DNA from: Paracoccaceae bacterium
GTDB lineage: Bacteria; Pseudomonadota; Alphaproteobacteria; Rhodobacterales; Rhodobacteraceae
Assembly (NCBI GenBank): GCA_963921255.3
Contig: CAWUEW020000003.1
Location: 1,550,907-1,614,906 of the forward strand
Direction: 5' to 3'
DNA: 64,000 bases
Under the pieces are notes generated by a model. The model worked only from the letters and a program-made list of their open reading frames with translations, searched no databases and had not been told where the DNA came from. A program made the translations under genes and the position numbers. Shown piece after piece: positions 47,243 through 57,609 of this stretch. How positions within the stretch are numbered: the first letter of the stretch is position 1; every line of letters starts with the position of its first letter.

Positions 47243-48622
47243 TCAGGCCGTGGCGCGCAGGGCGTCGCGGCTTTGGCTCAACTCCTCGGCCACGAGGAAC
47301 GCCAACTCCAACGATTGAGAGGCGTTCAGGCGCGGGTCGCAGGCCGTGTGGTAGCGCGAGGACAAGTCTTCGTCCGTCACGGCGCGGACGCCGCCGGTGC
47401 ATTCGGTCACGTCCTTCCCCGTCATCTCGAAATGCACCCCGCCCGGGATCGTGCCCTCGGCCCGATGGATGGCGAAGAATTCCTGCACTTCACGCAAAAC
47501 ACTGTCGAACGGCCGCGTCTTGTAACCCGAGTCGGACTTGATCGTGTTGCCGTGCATCGGGTCGCAGGACCACAGCACATTCGCGCCTTCGGCTTTGACC
47601 GTCTTGATCAACCGCGGAAGGTGGTCGCCGACTTTGCCCGCGCCAAAGCGCGCAATAAGCGTCAGGCGGCCCGCTTCGTTCTCGGGGTTCAGCTTGTTCA
47701 TCAGAACCTTGAGGTCTTCCTCGGTGGTCGTCGGTCCACATTTCAGGCCGATCGGATTCTGCACGCCGCGCGCAAACTCGACATGGGCGCCATCAGGCTG
47801 ACGGGTGCGGTCCCCGATCCAGATCATGTGACCCGAGCCGGCCAGCCACTTGCCCGAAGTCGAATCCAGACGGCACAGCGCCTCCTCGTACTCCAACAAC
47901 AGCGCTTCGTGGCTGGTGTAGAAATCGACCGTGCCCAATTCATGGTTGGTGTCCGAGGTCAGACCCGCCGCCGTCATGAAATCCAGGCTGTCCTGGATCC
48001 GGTTGGCCATATCGCGGTATTTTTCCGCATCATCACTGTCGGTGAAGCCGAGGGTCCAGGAATGCACCCGGTGGATATCGGCAAAGCCCCCCGTCGAGAA
48101 CGCCCGCAGCAAGTTCAGCGAGGCCGCCGCCTGCGTGTAGGCCTGCAGCATCTTGTCCGGCGACGGGATCCGCGCCTCAGGCGTGAAATCCAACTCGTTG
48201 ATGATGTCCCCGCGGTAGGACGGCAGTTCGACCCCATCCTTCACTTCCATCGGGGCCGAGCGTGGCTTGGCAAACTGGCCCGCCATGCGGCCGATCTTCA
48301 CCACCGGCACTTTCGCGCCATAGGTCAGAACCATCGCCATCTGCAGCATGACCTTGAACGTGTCGCGGATGTTGTCCGCCGAGAATTCCGCAAAGCTTTC
48401 GGCGCAATCGCCGCCCTGCAACAGGAACGCCTCACCGCGTGCGGCGGCAGCCAGCTCGGCCTTCAGGCGGCGGGCTTCCCCGGCAAAAACCAGGGGCGGA
48501 TACTTCGCAAGTTTCCCTTCCACCGACTGCAGGGCAGCGGCATTGGGATAGTCCGGCATCTGCACGCGCGGCTTCGCGCGCCAGGCGGCTTTGGTCCAGG
48601 GCTGTGCGGTCGTAGCGGTCAT
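47243..48622 (-). CDS. Class II 3-deoxy-7-phosphoheptulonate (DAHP) synthase
   Basis: ATG at 48622 after GAAGGAGG, 459 aa. A plant/actinobacterial-type class II sequence (...[12 protein letters not shown]...[11 protein letters not shown]...WIGDRTRQ...SCDPMHGNT...). Confidence 0.93.
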   Translation of the reverse strand: MTATTAQPWTKAAWRAKPRVQMPDYPNAAALQSVEGKLAKYPPLVFAGEARRLKAELAAAARGEAFLLQGGDCAESFAEFSADNIRDTFKVMLQMAMVLTYGAKVPVVKIGRMAGQFAKPRSAPMEVKDGVELPSYRGDIINELDFTPEARIPSPDKMLQAYTQAAASLNLLRAFSTGGFADIHRVHSWTLGFTDSDDAEKYRDMANRIQDSLDFMTAAGLTSDTNHELGTVDFYTSHEALLLEYEEALCRLDSTSGKWLAGSGHMIWIGDRTRQPDGAHVEFARGVQNPIGLKCGPTTTEEDLKVLMNKLNPENEAGRLTLIARFGAGKVGDHLPRLIKTVKAEGANVLWSCDPMHGNTIKSDSGYKTRPFDSVLREVQEFFAIHRAEGTIPGGVHFEMTGKDVTECTGGVRAVTDEDLSSRYHTACDPRLNASQSLELAFLVAEELSQSRDALRATA

Positions 48623-48680
48623 GGCTTCGCCCTCCTTCGGCGATCCTCCGTCATCTCTAGGCGCCGGGTATAGGCGCAAT

Positions 48681-48692
48681 GATAGCGCTATC
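48681..48692. promoter_or_regulatory. Perfect 12-bp palindrome GATAGCGCTATC
   Basis: Seen directly in the DAHP-synthase / glxA-family divergent spacer, about 59 nt from the DAHP synthase ATG. Confidence 0.3.
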
Positions 48693-48818
48693 CAATCCCG
48701 GAAATGCACATGAGGGGGGATTGCGCCCGCGCAAAAATGGTGCTTTCGCTGAAAGGAAGGGCAAAGCGCGCTCGGACAGCCGTTTTGTCGGGAGGATAAG
48801 ACCAAGAAGGGCCACCCC

Positions 48819-49793
48819 ATGCCTGAACCGATGAGTCCACGCCGGTTCGTGTTCGTTCTGCTTGATCAGTTCACGATGCTTTGTTTCTCAAGCGCTGTCG
48901 AAGCGCTGCGGATTGCCAACCGGATGTCCGCCAAGGATCTCTACGAATGGGTGCTTGCGGGGGAAGGCGGCGACGTGGCCCGGTGCTCGGCCGGGATCGG
49001 CTATCACCTCGACACCGATTTGGAAGATGTCGCGCGCGATGACGTGATCCTCGTGTGCGGCGGCATCGACGTACAGGCCGCGACCACCAAGCGCGTGCTC
49101 AGTTGGCTCCGTCGTGAAGCGCGCAAAGGCCCCATCATCGGCGGGTTGTGCACCGCGGGCTACACCTTGGCCAAGGCGGGCCTGCTTGACGGGAAACGGG
49201 CGACGATTCACTGGGAGAACCAGGACAGCTTCACCGAGGAATTCGAAGATGTCCAACTGACCAAATCCGTCTTTGTCATCGACGGGAACCGGATCACGAC
49301 CGCGGGTGGCACAGCCTCGATCGACCTGATGCTCAAGATCATCGCGGATGATCACGGGGAGGATCTGGCCAATCTCGTGGCCGACCAGTTGATCTATACC
49401 TCCATTCGGACCGACCAGGACACGCAGCGCCTCTCGATCCCGACACGCATCGGCGTGCGCCACCCGAAATTGGGTCAGGTGATCCGGATGATGGAACAAA
49501 ACATCGAAGAACCGATCAGCCCCGCGGTCCTTGCAAAAGACGTGGGCATGTCGACCCGTCAGTTGGAACGGCTGTTCCGCCGCTACCTCAACCGGTCGCC
49601 CAAGCGGTATTACATGGAACTGCGCCTCGGAAAGGCGCGAAACCTGTTAATGCAGACCGATATGAGCGTCATCAATGTGGCCCTGGCATGCGGGTTCGCA
49701 TCGCCATCGCATTTCTCAAAATGCTACCGCGCGCATTACAACACCACGCCGTATCGCGAACGCGGCAGCCAAGCCACGCGCGAACGGGCCTAG
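48819..49793 (+). CDS. GlxA-family transcriptional regulator (DJ-1/PfpI domain + AraC HTH)
   Basis: 324 aa. The N-terminal GATase1-like domain begins ...[25 protein letters not shown].... The C-terminal AraC HTH includes ...[14 protein letters not shown]...[16 protein letters not shown]. Confidence 0.85.
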   Translation: MPEPMSPRRFVFVLLDQFTMLCFSSAVEALRIANRMSAKDLYEWVLAGEGGDVARCSAGIGYHLDTDLEDVARDDVILVCGGIDVQAATTKRVLSWLRREARKGPIIGGLCTAGYTLAKAGLLDGKRATIHWENQDSFTEEFEDVQLTKSVFVIDGNRITTAGGTASIDLMLKIIADDHGEDLANLVADQLIYTSIRTDQDTQRLSIPTRIGVRHPKLGQVIRMMEQNIEEPISPAVLAKDVGMSTRQLERLFRRYLNRSPKRYYMELRLGKARNLLMQTDMSVINVALACGFASPSHFSKCYRAHYNTTPYRERGSQATRERA

Positions 49794-50236
49794 AAAAACC
49801 CCAACAGCGGATCGACGACCCGGTTGGCGTTCATGCGCAGACCCACGACGCTGCCGTCGGGCCGTTCATGCAGGAAGAGGCGGACAAAGAAGTATCCCGC
49901 CTCGCCATCGCTATAGGCCAGCAACTCCTGTCGAAACCCGTTCTCGAATTGCTGGACACGAACGCGCTCAACAATGTTCAGGGCGTTCGGCAGGGCATTC
50001 TGAAGCTGAATTTCGACCGCAAGGAAATTCTGCGCTTCTGCCGGCGGAACATCGGTGAACAGACGCGCCACGGCGGCCACCTGAAGGTCGGCCACAAGAG
50101 GATCCATCTGCGCCCGGAGTGCATCGTAGCTTGCAAAAACGCCGGCGCGGTCCTGGGCCTGGGCGCCTGTGGCCACCACGGCCAGCAGCAAAAGGCCGAC
50201 CGTAGCCCGCTGAACGCCTCGAAGCACTTCCAACAT
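49790..50236 (-). CDS. Hypothetical secreted protein
   Basis: ATG at 50236 within track ORF 49790..50281. It has a signal peptide (...LLLLAVVATGAQA) and no recognised domain. Confidence 0.5.
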   Translation of the reverse strand: MLEVLRGVQRATVGLLLLAVVATGAQAQDRAGVFASYDALRAQMDPLVADLQVAAVARLFTDVPPAEAQNFLAVEIQLQNALPNALNIVERVRVQQFENGFRQELLAYSDGEAGYFFVRLFLHERPDGSVVGLRMNANRVVDPLLGFF

Positions 50237-50246
50237 GGTTTGCACG

Positions 50247-50525
50247 TTATTCCCCTTCCACGCGCGCCCGGCGACCGCCACGCCGTTTCGCTGGCGGTGG
50301 TGTCTCGAGCCCTTCTGCCAAGACGCTTAACATCGGATGCCCCGCGTTGTCCTTGCCATATCGGTCCACGAGGCGTTCAATCGCAGGGCGGTTGTCATCG
50401 CCCGTCATACTCAGGGCCCAATCGACAAAGATCGAGCGGCACTCGGCATCGCTGATCCCCTCAATGTTGAAGGATTCGCGGATCAGACCCTTGGGGTCAT
50501 CCGCGTCCTGTGGTCGGCTAGGCAT
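50247..50525 (-). CDS. Hypothetical small protein (92 aa)
   Basis: The ATG at 50525 overlaps the last 8 nt of glnE. MPSRPQDADDPKGLIRESFNIEGISDAECRSIFVDWAL.... No domain recognised. Confidence 0.4.
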   Translation of the reverse strand: MPSRPQDADDPKGLIRESFNIEGISDAECRSIFVDWALSMTGDDNRPAIERLVDRYGKDNAGHPMLSVLAEGLETPPPAKRRGGRRARVEGE

Positions 50526-53325
50526 TGTCAGGCTCCTTCGGCGCACGGTCCAACACGGCGTCAATCATGCCTTCGGTTTCGGACCGGGTCCGGTCCAATT
50601 GCGACGCCAAAGCAGCGCTGTCTGACATTCCCACCTGGCGAAGGAGAAACGCCTGCCCCCCTGCCCCAAGCGTATCAGGATCCAACGCCTCATCCGTCAA
50701 CAGGCGACCGGATTGATGGACAAGGCTGAACAGATCATGGGCCCTTGCTAGGGCCTCGGCCTCGGTGTCGGTCAACCAGTCGATCGCCGCCCCCGCCATG
50801 AGTTGGTCGCGCGGGGTCCGGGCCGGATCACCAGACATCAACGCGGCCGCCTGCGCCACGAGGTCGATCTCTTGCAGGCCGCCTGGCCCGTCCTTGACCG
50901 CCCAGGTTTCGGCCTTGCGTCCCGCCGCCTTGAGACGGGCACGCATGTCCGCTGCGTCCGCGCGCACAGTCGCGGCGTCCGCTTTCGAGCGGATGACGTC
51001 CTGGCGAATGGCTTCGATGTCCTCGGCGAGCGCCGCGTCGCCCGCGATGACACGGGCCCGCGTGAGCGCCATATGCTCCCAGGTCCAAGCCTCGTTCTTT
51101 TGGTAATGCCGAAACGACTCGAGGGCCGTTGCCACGGGCCCCTGCCGTCCAGACGGGCGCAATCGCAGGTCGACCTCGTACAGTTTCCCCGCGGAGGTTG
51201 GCGCGCTGAGTGCGGTGATCAGGCCCTTGGTGGCCTTGGCGAACCAACCCCGTGGATCAAGGGGACGGCGCCCCTCGGTCATGTCGACATCAAGGGGATC
51301 GTAAATCACGATCAGGTCGAGATCCGAGTTCGCTCCCATGCGGGCGGCACCCAAACTGCCCATCCCCAAGACGGCCCCGCTGCGGCCAGGCGCCGGTCCA
51401 TGGCGGCGCGCGACATCCGCGCAAACGACGGGCCAAAGCCCCGCCACCACCGCTCCGGCAAGATCGGTGTACTGCGCAGCCGCATCCTCGGATGAAATCA
51501 AGCCCCGCAACTGGTGCACGCCAACGCGGAAATGCCAGTCCTTCTGCCAGCGACGCGCGGCATCGAGCTGAAGTTCATAGTCGAGACCGTCCAAGGCTGA
51601 GATCAGGTCTTTCGTTAATCCGCCACAGCCCGGCCAAGGGGCAAAGAACCGCCCATCCAACACCGCGTCCAGCACACCGGAGTGACGCGCCAGATAGCGC
51701 GACAAGGCGGGCGCCGTGGCCGAGATATCGACGATCAGGTCGACCAAGGGTGGATTAGCGTCAAACAGCGCGAAAAGCTGCACCCCGGCAGGTAAGCCGC
51801 GTAGAAACCTATCGAAGTTCGCCAATGCCTCGTCAGGTCGCGCAGCATCCTGGAGACGGCGCAACAGCTCTGGCTTCAAGCGATCAAAGATCGCCTGTCC
51901 ACGTTCGGACCGCAGGCAGGGATATCCGGGCCAACGGGCCACGATTTCCGCCTGCTCGGGTGGGATCTGCACGCTGGCCGGTTCGCTGGAGGTGGGCGCA
52001 AAGAACGCGCCTGTCAGGCCTTCGACGCGTTCGATTTTTTCAAGCAGCCCGGCCTTGAACGCACGCGTGTCCGGCGCGCCGCAGAACCGGGCCAGGCGGT
52101 CGAACCCGTCGTCGGATTTCGGCAACAGATGGGTCTGGGCGTCATCAATCATCTGAACCCGATGTTCGATTTCGCGGTGATGGGCGTACAGCTCCGCCAA
52201 TTCGCCGGCAACGTCGCGTTCGATCCATCCGGCCCGCGCCAAGGCCGACAGGGCCTTGACCGTCCGGCGCGTCCGAAGCGTGTCGTCGCGCCCCCCGGCC
52301 ACCAATTGCCGGGTCTGGGCATAAAACTCGATCTCCCGGATGCCCCCGGCGCCCAGTTTCATATTGTGCCCGGACTGGTCGATGGCCTGCCCCCGGTGCA
52401 GACCTTTGTGGTCCCGAATGCGGCGGCGCATGTCCATCGTATCCTCGACCATCGCGAAATCGAGATGGCGCCGCCACACGAATGGGCTGAGGGTCTCGAG
52501 AAACCGCTGCCCCGCCGCGACATCGCCTGCCGCCGGTCGCGCCTTGATATAAGCCGAGCGTTCCCAAGACCGGCCTTCGGCCTCGTAGTAGCGTTCCGCA
52601 GCCGTCATCGAGATACAGACCGGTGTCACAGAGGAGTCGGGCCGCAACCGCAGGTCCGTGCGGAAGACATACCCCTCGGCCGTGACGTCATTCAGGGTCG
52701 CCGCCATCTTCCGCGTCGCCCGGATGAACCCCGCGCGGGCCTCCATCTGATCTGCGGGATCAAACCGGTCGTCATCGAAAAGGCAAATCAGGTCGATATC
52801 CGACGAATAATTCAACTCGCCCGCGCCCATTTTCCCCATGGCAAGGGCGACCATCCCTGCCCCGTCACGGTGGGCGTCATCTTCGCCCATGCCGGGGATC
52901 TTGCCCCGCTTCGCCTCTGCGGCGACATGGGTTGCAAGGGCGGCCGAGACGCAGGCGTCGGCGAAATCAGTCCAGGTCTGGGTGGTGGTGGCCAAGCTCC
53001 AAACGCCCCCCAGATCGGCAAGGGCCGTGATCAAGGCCGCCCGCCGTTTGAGCTTGCGCAACCCGTCGTTCAATTCGCCCGGCGCCAGATCAGCGGTGGC
53101 CGCGATCACCTCGGTCATGCGGTCTTCGGGTTCGTCCAAGAGCGCGTGGCTGAGCCAGTGGGCTTCCTTGGCCATCAGCCGCGCGAGGTAGGGCGAACAT
53201 CCGGCCGCCCCCTCGATCAACGGGCGCACCTCGGGCGGGACATCATGCAGATGGGCAAGGGCCTCCGCCCCGCGGTCCGGGACATAAGGGATCGGATGTC
53301 GGGTGAGACGCGCAGCAAAACTCAT
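50518..53325 (-). CDS. glnE: Bifunctional glutamine synthetase adenylyltransferase/adenylyl-removing enzyme
   Basis: ATG at 53325 within track ORF 50518..53400, 935 aa. It has two nucleotidyltransferase halves (...GMGKMGAGELNYSSDIDLI... and ...GMGSLGAARMGANSDLDLI...). Confidence 0.93.
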   Translation of the reverse strand: MSFAARLTRHPIPYVPDRGAEALAHLHDVPPEVRPLIEGAAGCSPYLARLMAKEAHWLSHALLDEPEDRMTEVIAATADLAPGELNDGLRKLKRRAALITALADLGGVWSLATTTQTWTDFADACVSAALATHVAAEAKRGKIPGMGEDDAHRDGAGMVALAMGKMGAGELNYSSDIDLICLFDDDRFDPADQMEARAGFIRATRKMAATLNDVTAEGYVFRTDLRLRPDSSVTPVCISMTAAERYYEAEGRSWERSAYIKARPAAGDVAAGQRFLETLSPFVWRRHLDFAMVEDTMDMRRRIRDHKGLHRGQAIDQSGHNMKLGAGGIREIEFYAQTRQLVAGGRDDTLRTRRTVKALSALARAGWIERDVAGELAELYAHHREIEHRVQMIDDAQTHLLPKSDDGFDRLARFCGAPDTRAFKAGLLEKIERVEGLTGAFFAPTSSEPASVQIPPEQAEIVARWPGYPCLRSERGQAIFDRLKPELLRRLQDAARPDEALANFDRFLRGLPAGVQLFALFDANPPLVDLIVDISATAPALSRYLARHSGVLDAVLDGRFFAPWPGCGGLTKDLISALDGLDYELQLDAARRWQKDWHFRVGVHQLRGLISSEDAAAQYTDLAGAVVAGLWPVVCADVARRHGPAPGRSGAVLGMGSLGAARMGANSDLDLIVIYDPLDVDMTEGRRPLDPRGWFAKATKGLITALSAPTSAGKLYEVDLRLRPSGRQGPVATALESFRHYQKNEAWTWEHMALTRARVIAGDAALAEDIEAIRQDVIRSKADAATVRADAADMRARLKAAGRKAETWAVKDGPGGLQEIDLVAQAAALMSGDPARTPRDQLMAGAAIDWLTDTEAEALARAHDLFSLVHQSGRLLTDEALDPDTLGAGGQAFLLRQVGMSDSAALASQLDRTRSETEGMIDAVLDRAPKEPDNA

Positions 53326-53356
53326 GGGGCAACAGTGGCTTGGGCGTCGGGCAAGG

Positions 53357-53725
53357 TCAATCGACCGGGGTGTCCTGGCTGAAGATGTTGATCCAGCCAA
53401 CCCCGTCTCGGCGCCAGATCGAACTGATCAGCATCGTCGACCACGTCTCTGCACCCGCCGCAAGATAGGTTGCGCGATAGGCGATCAAGGCCAGATCGTC
53501 GGCATATTGCCGGACCTGCACCTCGGACAGACGATAGTCCTGCATGGCGGGCCCGTGGGACAGCTGCCCGGCATGTCCGTCGCGATCGGAAAACCCGCTT
53601 GGGTAGACGCCCAGGAAATCCTGGGACAGCAGGGCCGTATCGGCTATTGCGTCGCCATCCAGCAAAGCCTGCCAAACGGCGCGTTCCTTCGCTTCAATCA
53701 CCGTCAAAAGATCATGGTCACCCAT
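53357..53725 (-). CDS. NTF2-fold (DUF4440/SnoaL-like) protein
   Basis: 122 aa. ...ERAVWQALLDGD...FLGVYPSGF...WRRDGVGWINIFSQDTP. Typical size and pattern for DUF4440. Confidence 0.55.
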   Translation of the reverse strand: MGDHDLLTVIEAKERAVWQALLDGDAIADTALLSQDFLGVYPSGFSDRDGHAGQLSHGPAMQDYRLSEVQVRQYADDLALIAYRATYLAAGAETWSTMLISSIWRRDGVGWINIFSQDTPVD

Positions 53726-53792
53726 CTCTGGCCCTCCCGCTGCGTCAGAGGTATTGCTGCCCTGACGCGAACGGGATCACAAGGACAGCCAG

Positions 53793-54263
53793 ATGAGCAA
53801 GAGCCTCAAGCGTGTGAAACGCGCATTGGATGACGCGGGCGTTGGGACCGAAGTGCTTGAGATGCCAGACTCGACCCGCACCGCCGCCGAAGCGGCCGCT
53901 GCAGCGGGCTGCGCGTTGGACCAGATCGCGAAATCCATCATCTTTGGCGCCGAAGCGACGGGCGACGCCGTGTTGTTCATCACGGCCGGCGGCAACAAGG
54001 TGGATGCGACGAAGGCAAGCGCCGTTGTCGGGGAAGCCTTGGGCAAAGCCGACGCGGCCTTGATCCGGGCCCAGACAGGGTTTGCGATCGGTGGGGTCGC
54101 CCCGATCGGACACGTCTCCCCCATCCGCGCCTGGTTCGACCCGCGTCTTTTGGCGTTCGATGTGGTGTATGCGGCCGCCGGAACGTCGCGTCACATCTTC
54201 CCGATCGACCCAACCGTCCTGCTTGACCTGAGCGGCGCGGAACCAGCGGATTTTACCGCCTGA
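53793..54263 (+). CDS. YbaK/EbsC-family aminoacyl-tRNA deacylase domain protein
   Basis: 156 aa. ...TRTAAEAAAAAGCALDQIAKSIIF...GFAIGGVAPIGH... is the YbaK/ProX editing-domain pattern. Confidence 0.78.
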   Translation: MSKSLKRVKRALDDAGVGTEVLEMPDSTRTAAEAAAAAGCALDQIAKSIIFGAEATGDAVLFITAGGNKVDATKASAVVGEALGKADAALIRAQTGFAIGGVAPIGHVSPIRAWFDPRLLAFDVVYAAAGTSRHIFPIDPTVLLDLSGAEPADFTA

Positions 54264-54272
54264 CGTCGCGCG

Positions 54273-55448
54273 TCAGATAACCCGCAGGACAGCCTTTGCC
54301 GCCCGCCGTCCCGGGGCCTCGGCCCCTTTGCCCAAGCGCATCATGGTGGCCGCCATCGCGTCCAGCTGCGCAAGTCGGGCGTCGGGATCGCCGATCAACG
54401 CGTTCAACGCTGCGCCAATTGGTGCGGGACGACAGTTTTCGCCCAGAAACTCGGGAACGGTGCGCGTGTCCGAGATCAGGTTGACCAATGTCACGGTGTC
54501 CACTTTCAGCATCGACGTGATGACTTTGCGCGACAGCCAGTTGCCATCATAGGCGATGACCATCGGCGTTTCCGCCGCCGCCAGTTCAAGGCTGACGGTG
54601 CCTGACGCCGCAAGCGCGACATCGGCAGCCCCAAAGGCCGCCCGTTTTTGCGCTGCCATCGCGTCGGTGGACTGCCCGCGGGGATCAAGCAAGTGCACCT
54701 GGCCGGGCCAGTTACGCGTCTTTTCCGCCACAAGGCCCGCGACGGCCGGTACCGCTGGCAACACCACCTGCGCGTCAGGGCGTGCGGCCAAAACCGGGCG
54801 CAACGCCTCGCCGAAAACGCGGGCAAGACGCTCAACCTCGGACCGACGCGAGCCCGGCAAGGCCACGATCAAGGGGGTCTCATCGGCCAATCCAAGTTCG
54901 TTGCGAAATGCCGTGCGCTCGGCCTCGGATGCCTGTGGTTCGGCGACCACCGGATGACCCACGAAATCGCATCCCATCCCTTCGGCTTCCATATACGGCG
55001 GCTCGAACGGAAAAAGCGCGAGCACATGGTCGATCGACCGCGCCATCTTGCGCGCACGTTTCGCCCGCCACGCCCAAACCGTCGGCGCAACGTAATGCAC
55101 CGTGGGCATGTGGGGCGCCGCCGCTTTGACATGGCTCGCAACGCGCAGCGAAAACTCGGGGATGTCGATCGTGATCAGCGCGTCCGGCTTCCTGCGCAGC
55201 ACTTCGGCGCTCGTTTCGCTGACCCGCGCCAACAGCCGCCGCAAATTGCTCAGGATCGCGGCCAGACCGATGACGGACAATTCCTCCATCGGGAACAGCG
55301 GCTTCAGCCCTTCGGCCTGCATCAGGGGCCCGCCGACCCCTTCGAATTCAATCGGTTCATCGGTGATTTCCTTCAGCCCGGCCATCAAGGCCGCACCAAG
55401 GCGGTCGCCCGACGGCTCCCCTGCGATCAGGAACAACCGCAGGGTCAC
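54273..55448 (-). CDS. lpxB: Lipid-A-disaccharide synthase
   Basis: The GTG at 55448 overlaps the lpxI stop (GTGA); the track TTG start is at 55460. ...LFLIAGEPSGDRLGAALM...YVAPTVWAWR.... Confidence 0.9.
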   Translation of the reverse strand: MTLRLFLIAGEPSGDRLGAALMAGLKEITDEPIEFEGVGGPLMQAEGLKPLFPMEELSVIGLAAILSNLRRLLARVSETSAEVLRRKPDALITIDIPEFSLRVASHVKAAAPHMPTVHYVAPTVWAWRAKRARKMARSIDHVLALFPFEPPYMEAEGMGCDFVGHPVVAEPQASEAERTAFRNELGLADETPLIVALPGSRRSEVERLARVFGEALRPVLAARPDAQVVLPAVPAVAGLVAEKTRNWPGQVHLLDPRGQSTDAMAAQKRAAFGAADVALAASGTVSLELAAAETPMVIAYDGNWLSRKVITSMLKVDTVTLVNLISDTRTVPEFLGENCRPAPIGAALNALIGDPDARLAQLDAMAATMMRLGKGAEAPGRRAAKAVLRVI

Positions 55449-56227
55449 GGCGCGCCCCAAAGCGCGATGCCAGTTTCCCTGCAGGCTGCTGTCACAGCGG
55501 CCGGGTCCAGTAGCAACACGTGCCCGGCCTGCACTTCGATCCCGGACAAGCCCGCCGCCGCTGCACCGCGCACCGTATCCGGCCCGATTGCGGGCATGTC
55601 CACGCGCAGTTCCTGGCCCGGTTTGGCCCGCTTCACCAACACACCGCCGGACCCCGGCGCGGTCTGCGCAACGAAGGTCAGAAGCGCGTCGGTGCCCTGC
55701 AGGGTTTCGATCCCCAACATCTGGCCTTTTGCGGCAATGGCTGCTTGCCCGACGTCCAAATCGCCGAGCGCCGCCAAAACCTGCCTTGCGCGCGCGGCGT
55801 CACCATCGGGCTTGGCGTCGCCAACAAGGGGTCCGTCAGGGGCGACAAGATCGGGACGCCAATCGCTGGCCCCTTCAACGGCAAACCCTTGTTCTTCAAA
55901 GATCGCGATAATCTCGCGCAGAAGCCGGTCATCCCCCGCCTGAAGGGCTTGCGCGATCCGCATGAGTGTGGCCGCGGACAGCGGATCCTGCGGCTCCATC
56001 GTGACGTTCGCGCGCGTCATGGCACCCGCCATGCAAATCCGCGTGACCCCTTCGGCCTTGAGCGCCGCGAAGAGTTCGGCCAGCCGGTCTACCCGAGCGT
56101 CCACGATGAGTGCGTCGCCGATCCCTGAGACATCAATCCCTTGCAGGCGCACGACAAGCGCCGGACCCGCCCCGAGCAACAACTGGGGAAGATCCCCCGT
56201 CCCGGCGATGATCGCGCGGTCGGTCAT
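55445..56227 (-). CDS. lpxI: UDP-2,3-diacylglucosamine pyrophosphatase LpxI (DUF1009)
   Basis: 260 aa. ...IIAGTGDLP..., ...GIETLQGTDALL..., ...KRAKPGQELRVDMPAIGPDTV.... The gene sits between lpxA and lpxB, as in other alphaproteobacteria. Confidence 0.85.
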   Translation of the reverse strand: MTDRAIIAGTGDLPQLLLGAGPALVVRLQGIDVSGIGDALIVDARVDRLAELFAALKAEGVTRICMAGAMTRANVTMEPQDPLSAATLMRIAQALQAGDDRLLREIIAIFEEQGFAVEGASDWRPDLVAPDGPLVGDAKPDGDAARARQVLAALGDLDVGQAAIAAKGQMLGIETLQGTDALLTFVAQTAPGSGGVLVKRAKPGQELRVDMPAIGPDTVRGAAAAGLSGIEVQAGHVLLLDPAAVTAACRETGIALWGAP

Positions 56228-56231
56228 CGCG

Positions 56232-57032
56232 TCACCCGGGCGTCAAGAACGAGCGGTCGCTGCCGCCGGTGATGAAGGAGACGATATCCTGAACATAGTC
56301 CGATTGCCCTTCATCGCTGCTGCCCAGGCGGCGCGCCCTGTCCTGAAACGCCCCCTCGCCCTGGGCCAATGCCTGGAAGGCAGCCCGTAGGGCCGTGATG
56401 TCTTCGCGCGCAACACCGCGCCGCTTGAGCCCGACCAGGTTCAACCCATCCAGTACGCCGCGCGGCCCCTGGACAAGGCCGTAAGGGATCACATCATGGG
56501 GCACCATCGTGACGGCGCCGATAATGGCGCCCTTTCCGATCCGCACGAACTGGTGGATGCCGGACAGGCCGCCCACAATCACGTCGTCTTCGATCACGCA
56601 ATGCCCGCCGATGGCCGCGTTGTTCACCAGCACAACCCGGTCCCCGATGATGGCGTCATGGGCCACGTGGCTGCCTGTGAGGAACAGGCCGTCATTGCCA
56701 ACCCGCGTGACACCCCCGCCACCTTCGGTTCCCGTGTTCATCGTGACGCCTTCGCGAATGCGATTGCGATCCCCGACGATCAGCCGCGTCCGCTCCCCGC
56801 CGAATTTCTTGTCCTGCGGCACCTCTCCGATGGAGGCGAAGGGGTAAATTTCGCAATCCGCCCCGATATCCGTCCACCCGGACAGGACAACGTGGGATTT
56901 CAGAACGGTCCGTGCGCCCACCGTCACTTCCGGACCGACCACGCAGAACGGACCGACCTTGCAGTCCGGGCCGATCACGGCGCCGGTTTCAATGACCGCT
57001 GACGGATGAATGTCGGCGCTTGCGTCGATCAT
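56232..57032 (-). CDS. lpxA: Acyl-ACP--UDP-N-acetylglucosamine O-acyltransferase
   Basis: The ATG at 57032 overlaps the fabZ stop (ATGA), 266 aa. [34 protein letters not shown]... has hexapeptide repeats plus ...[11 protein letters not shown]. Confidence 0.92.
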   Translation of the reverse strand: MIDASADIHPSAVIETGAVIGPDCKVGPFCVVGPEVTVGARTVLKSHVVLSGWTDIGADCEIYPFASIGEVPQDKKFGGERTRLIVGDRNRIREGVTMNTGTEGGGGVTRVGNDGLFLTGSHVAHDAIIGDRVVLVNNAAIGGHCVIEDDVIVGGLSGIHQFVRIGKGAIIGAVTMVPHDVIPYGLVQGPRGVLDGLNLVGLKRRGVAREDITALRAAFQALAQGEGAFQDRARRLGSSDEGQSDYVQDIVSFITGGSDRSFLTPG

Positions 57033-57505
57033 GCGCCGGCCCCCAGGTCCATCATGGCGGTGAACTCGGCCTCGGCGGCGATCTCGCCGTCCACTTCTGC
57101 ACGCCCCTGGAACTTCCAGACTTTGCCCCCGGGCTTGCCGCGCAAAGTTGTCAAATGCAGCTCCAGAACATCGCCCGGGCCGACTTTGCGACGGAATTTG
57201 CACTTGTCGATGCCCATGAAGTAGACCAGCAAATCCTGGTCGGCCATGTCGGCGGACGCGCCCACCATCACGGCCGCAGTCTGGGCCATTGCTTCCACGA
57301 TGGTGACACCCGGCATGATCGGCGTCGCCGGAAAGTGCCCCTGAAAATGCGGCTCGTTATAAGTGACATTCTTGATCCCGACCGCAGATTGGAACGGCAC
57401 GATGTCCCGCACCTTGTCGACCAGCAGAAACGGGTAGCGATGCGGAATGAGGCGCTTGATCAGGTCGATGTCGGCCGTGGTCACCGGCGTCGCGTCGGAG
57501 GTCAT
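57029..57505 (-). CDS. fabZ: 3-hydroxyacyl-ACP dehydratase FabZ
   Basis: 158 aa. ...[14 protein letters not shown]...[22 protein letters not shown].... Confidence 0.93.
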   Translation of the reverse strand: MTSDATPVTTADIDLIKRLIPHRYPFLLVDKVRDIVPFQSAVGIKNVTYNEPHFQGHFPATPIMPGVTIVEAMAQTAAVMVGASADMADQDLLVYFMGIDKCKFRRKVGPGDVLELHLTTLRGKPGGKVWKFQGRAEVDGEIAAEAEFTAMMDLGAGA

Positions 57506-57609
57506 TTCGAGTGGCTCCTTCCAGGGCGTGGTTATTGGGCGTCACGCCCCATATGCAATCGTTGAAGGTGGTAACAACTCCACCGGAACGCAGCAAGCAC
57601 CCGAATGGC

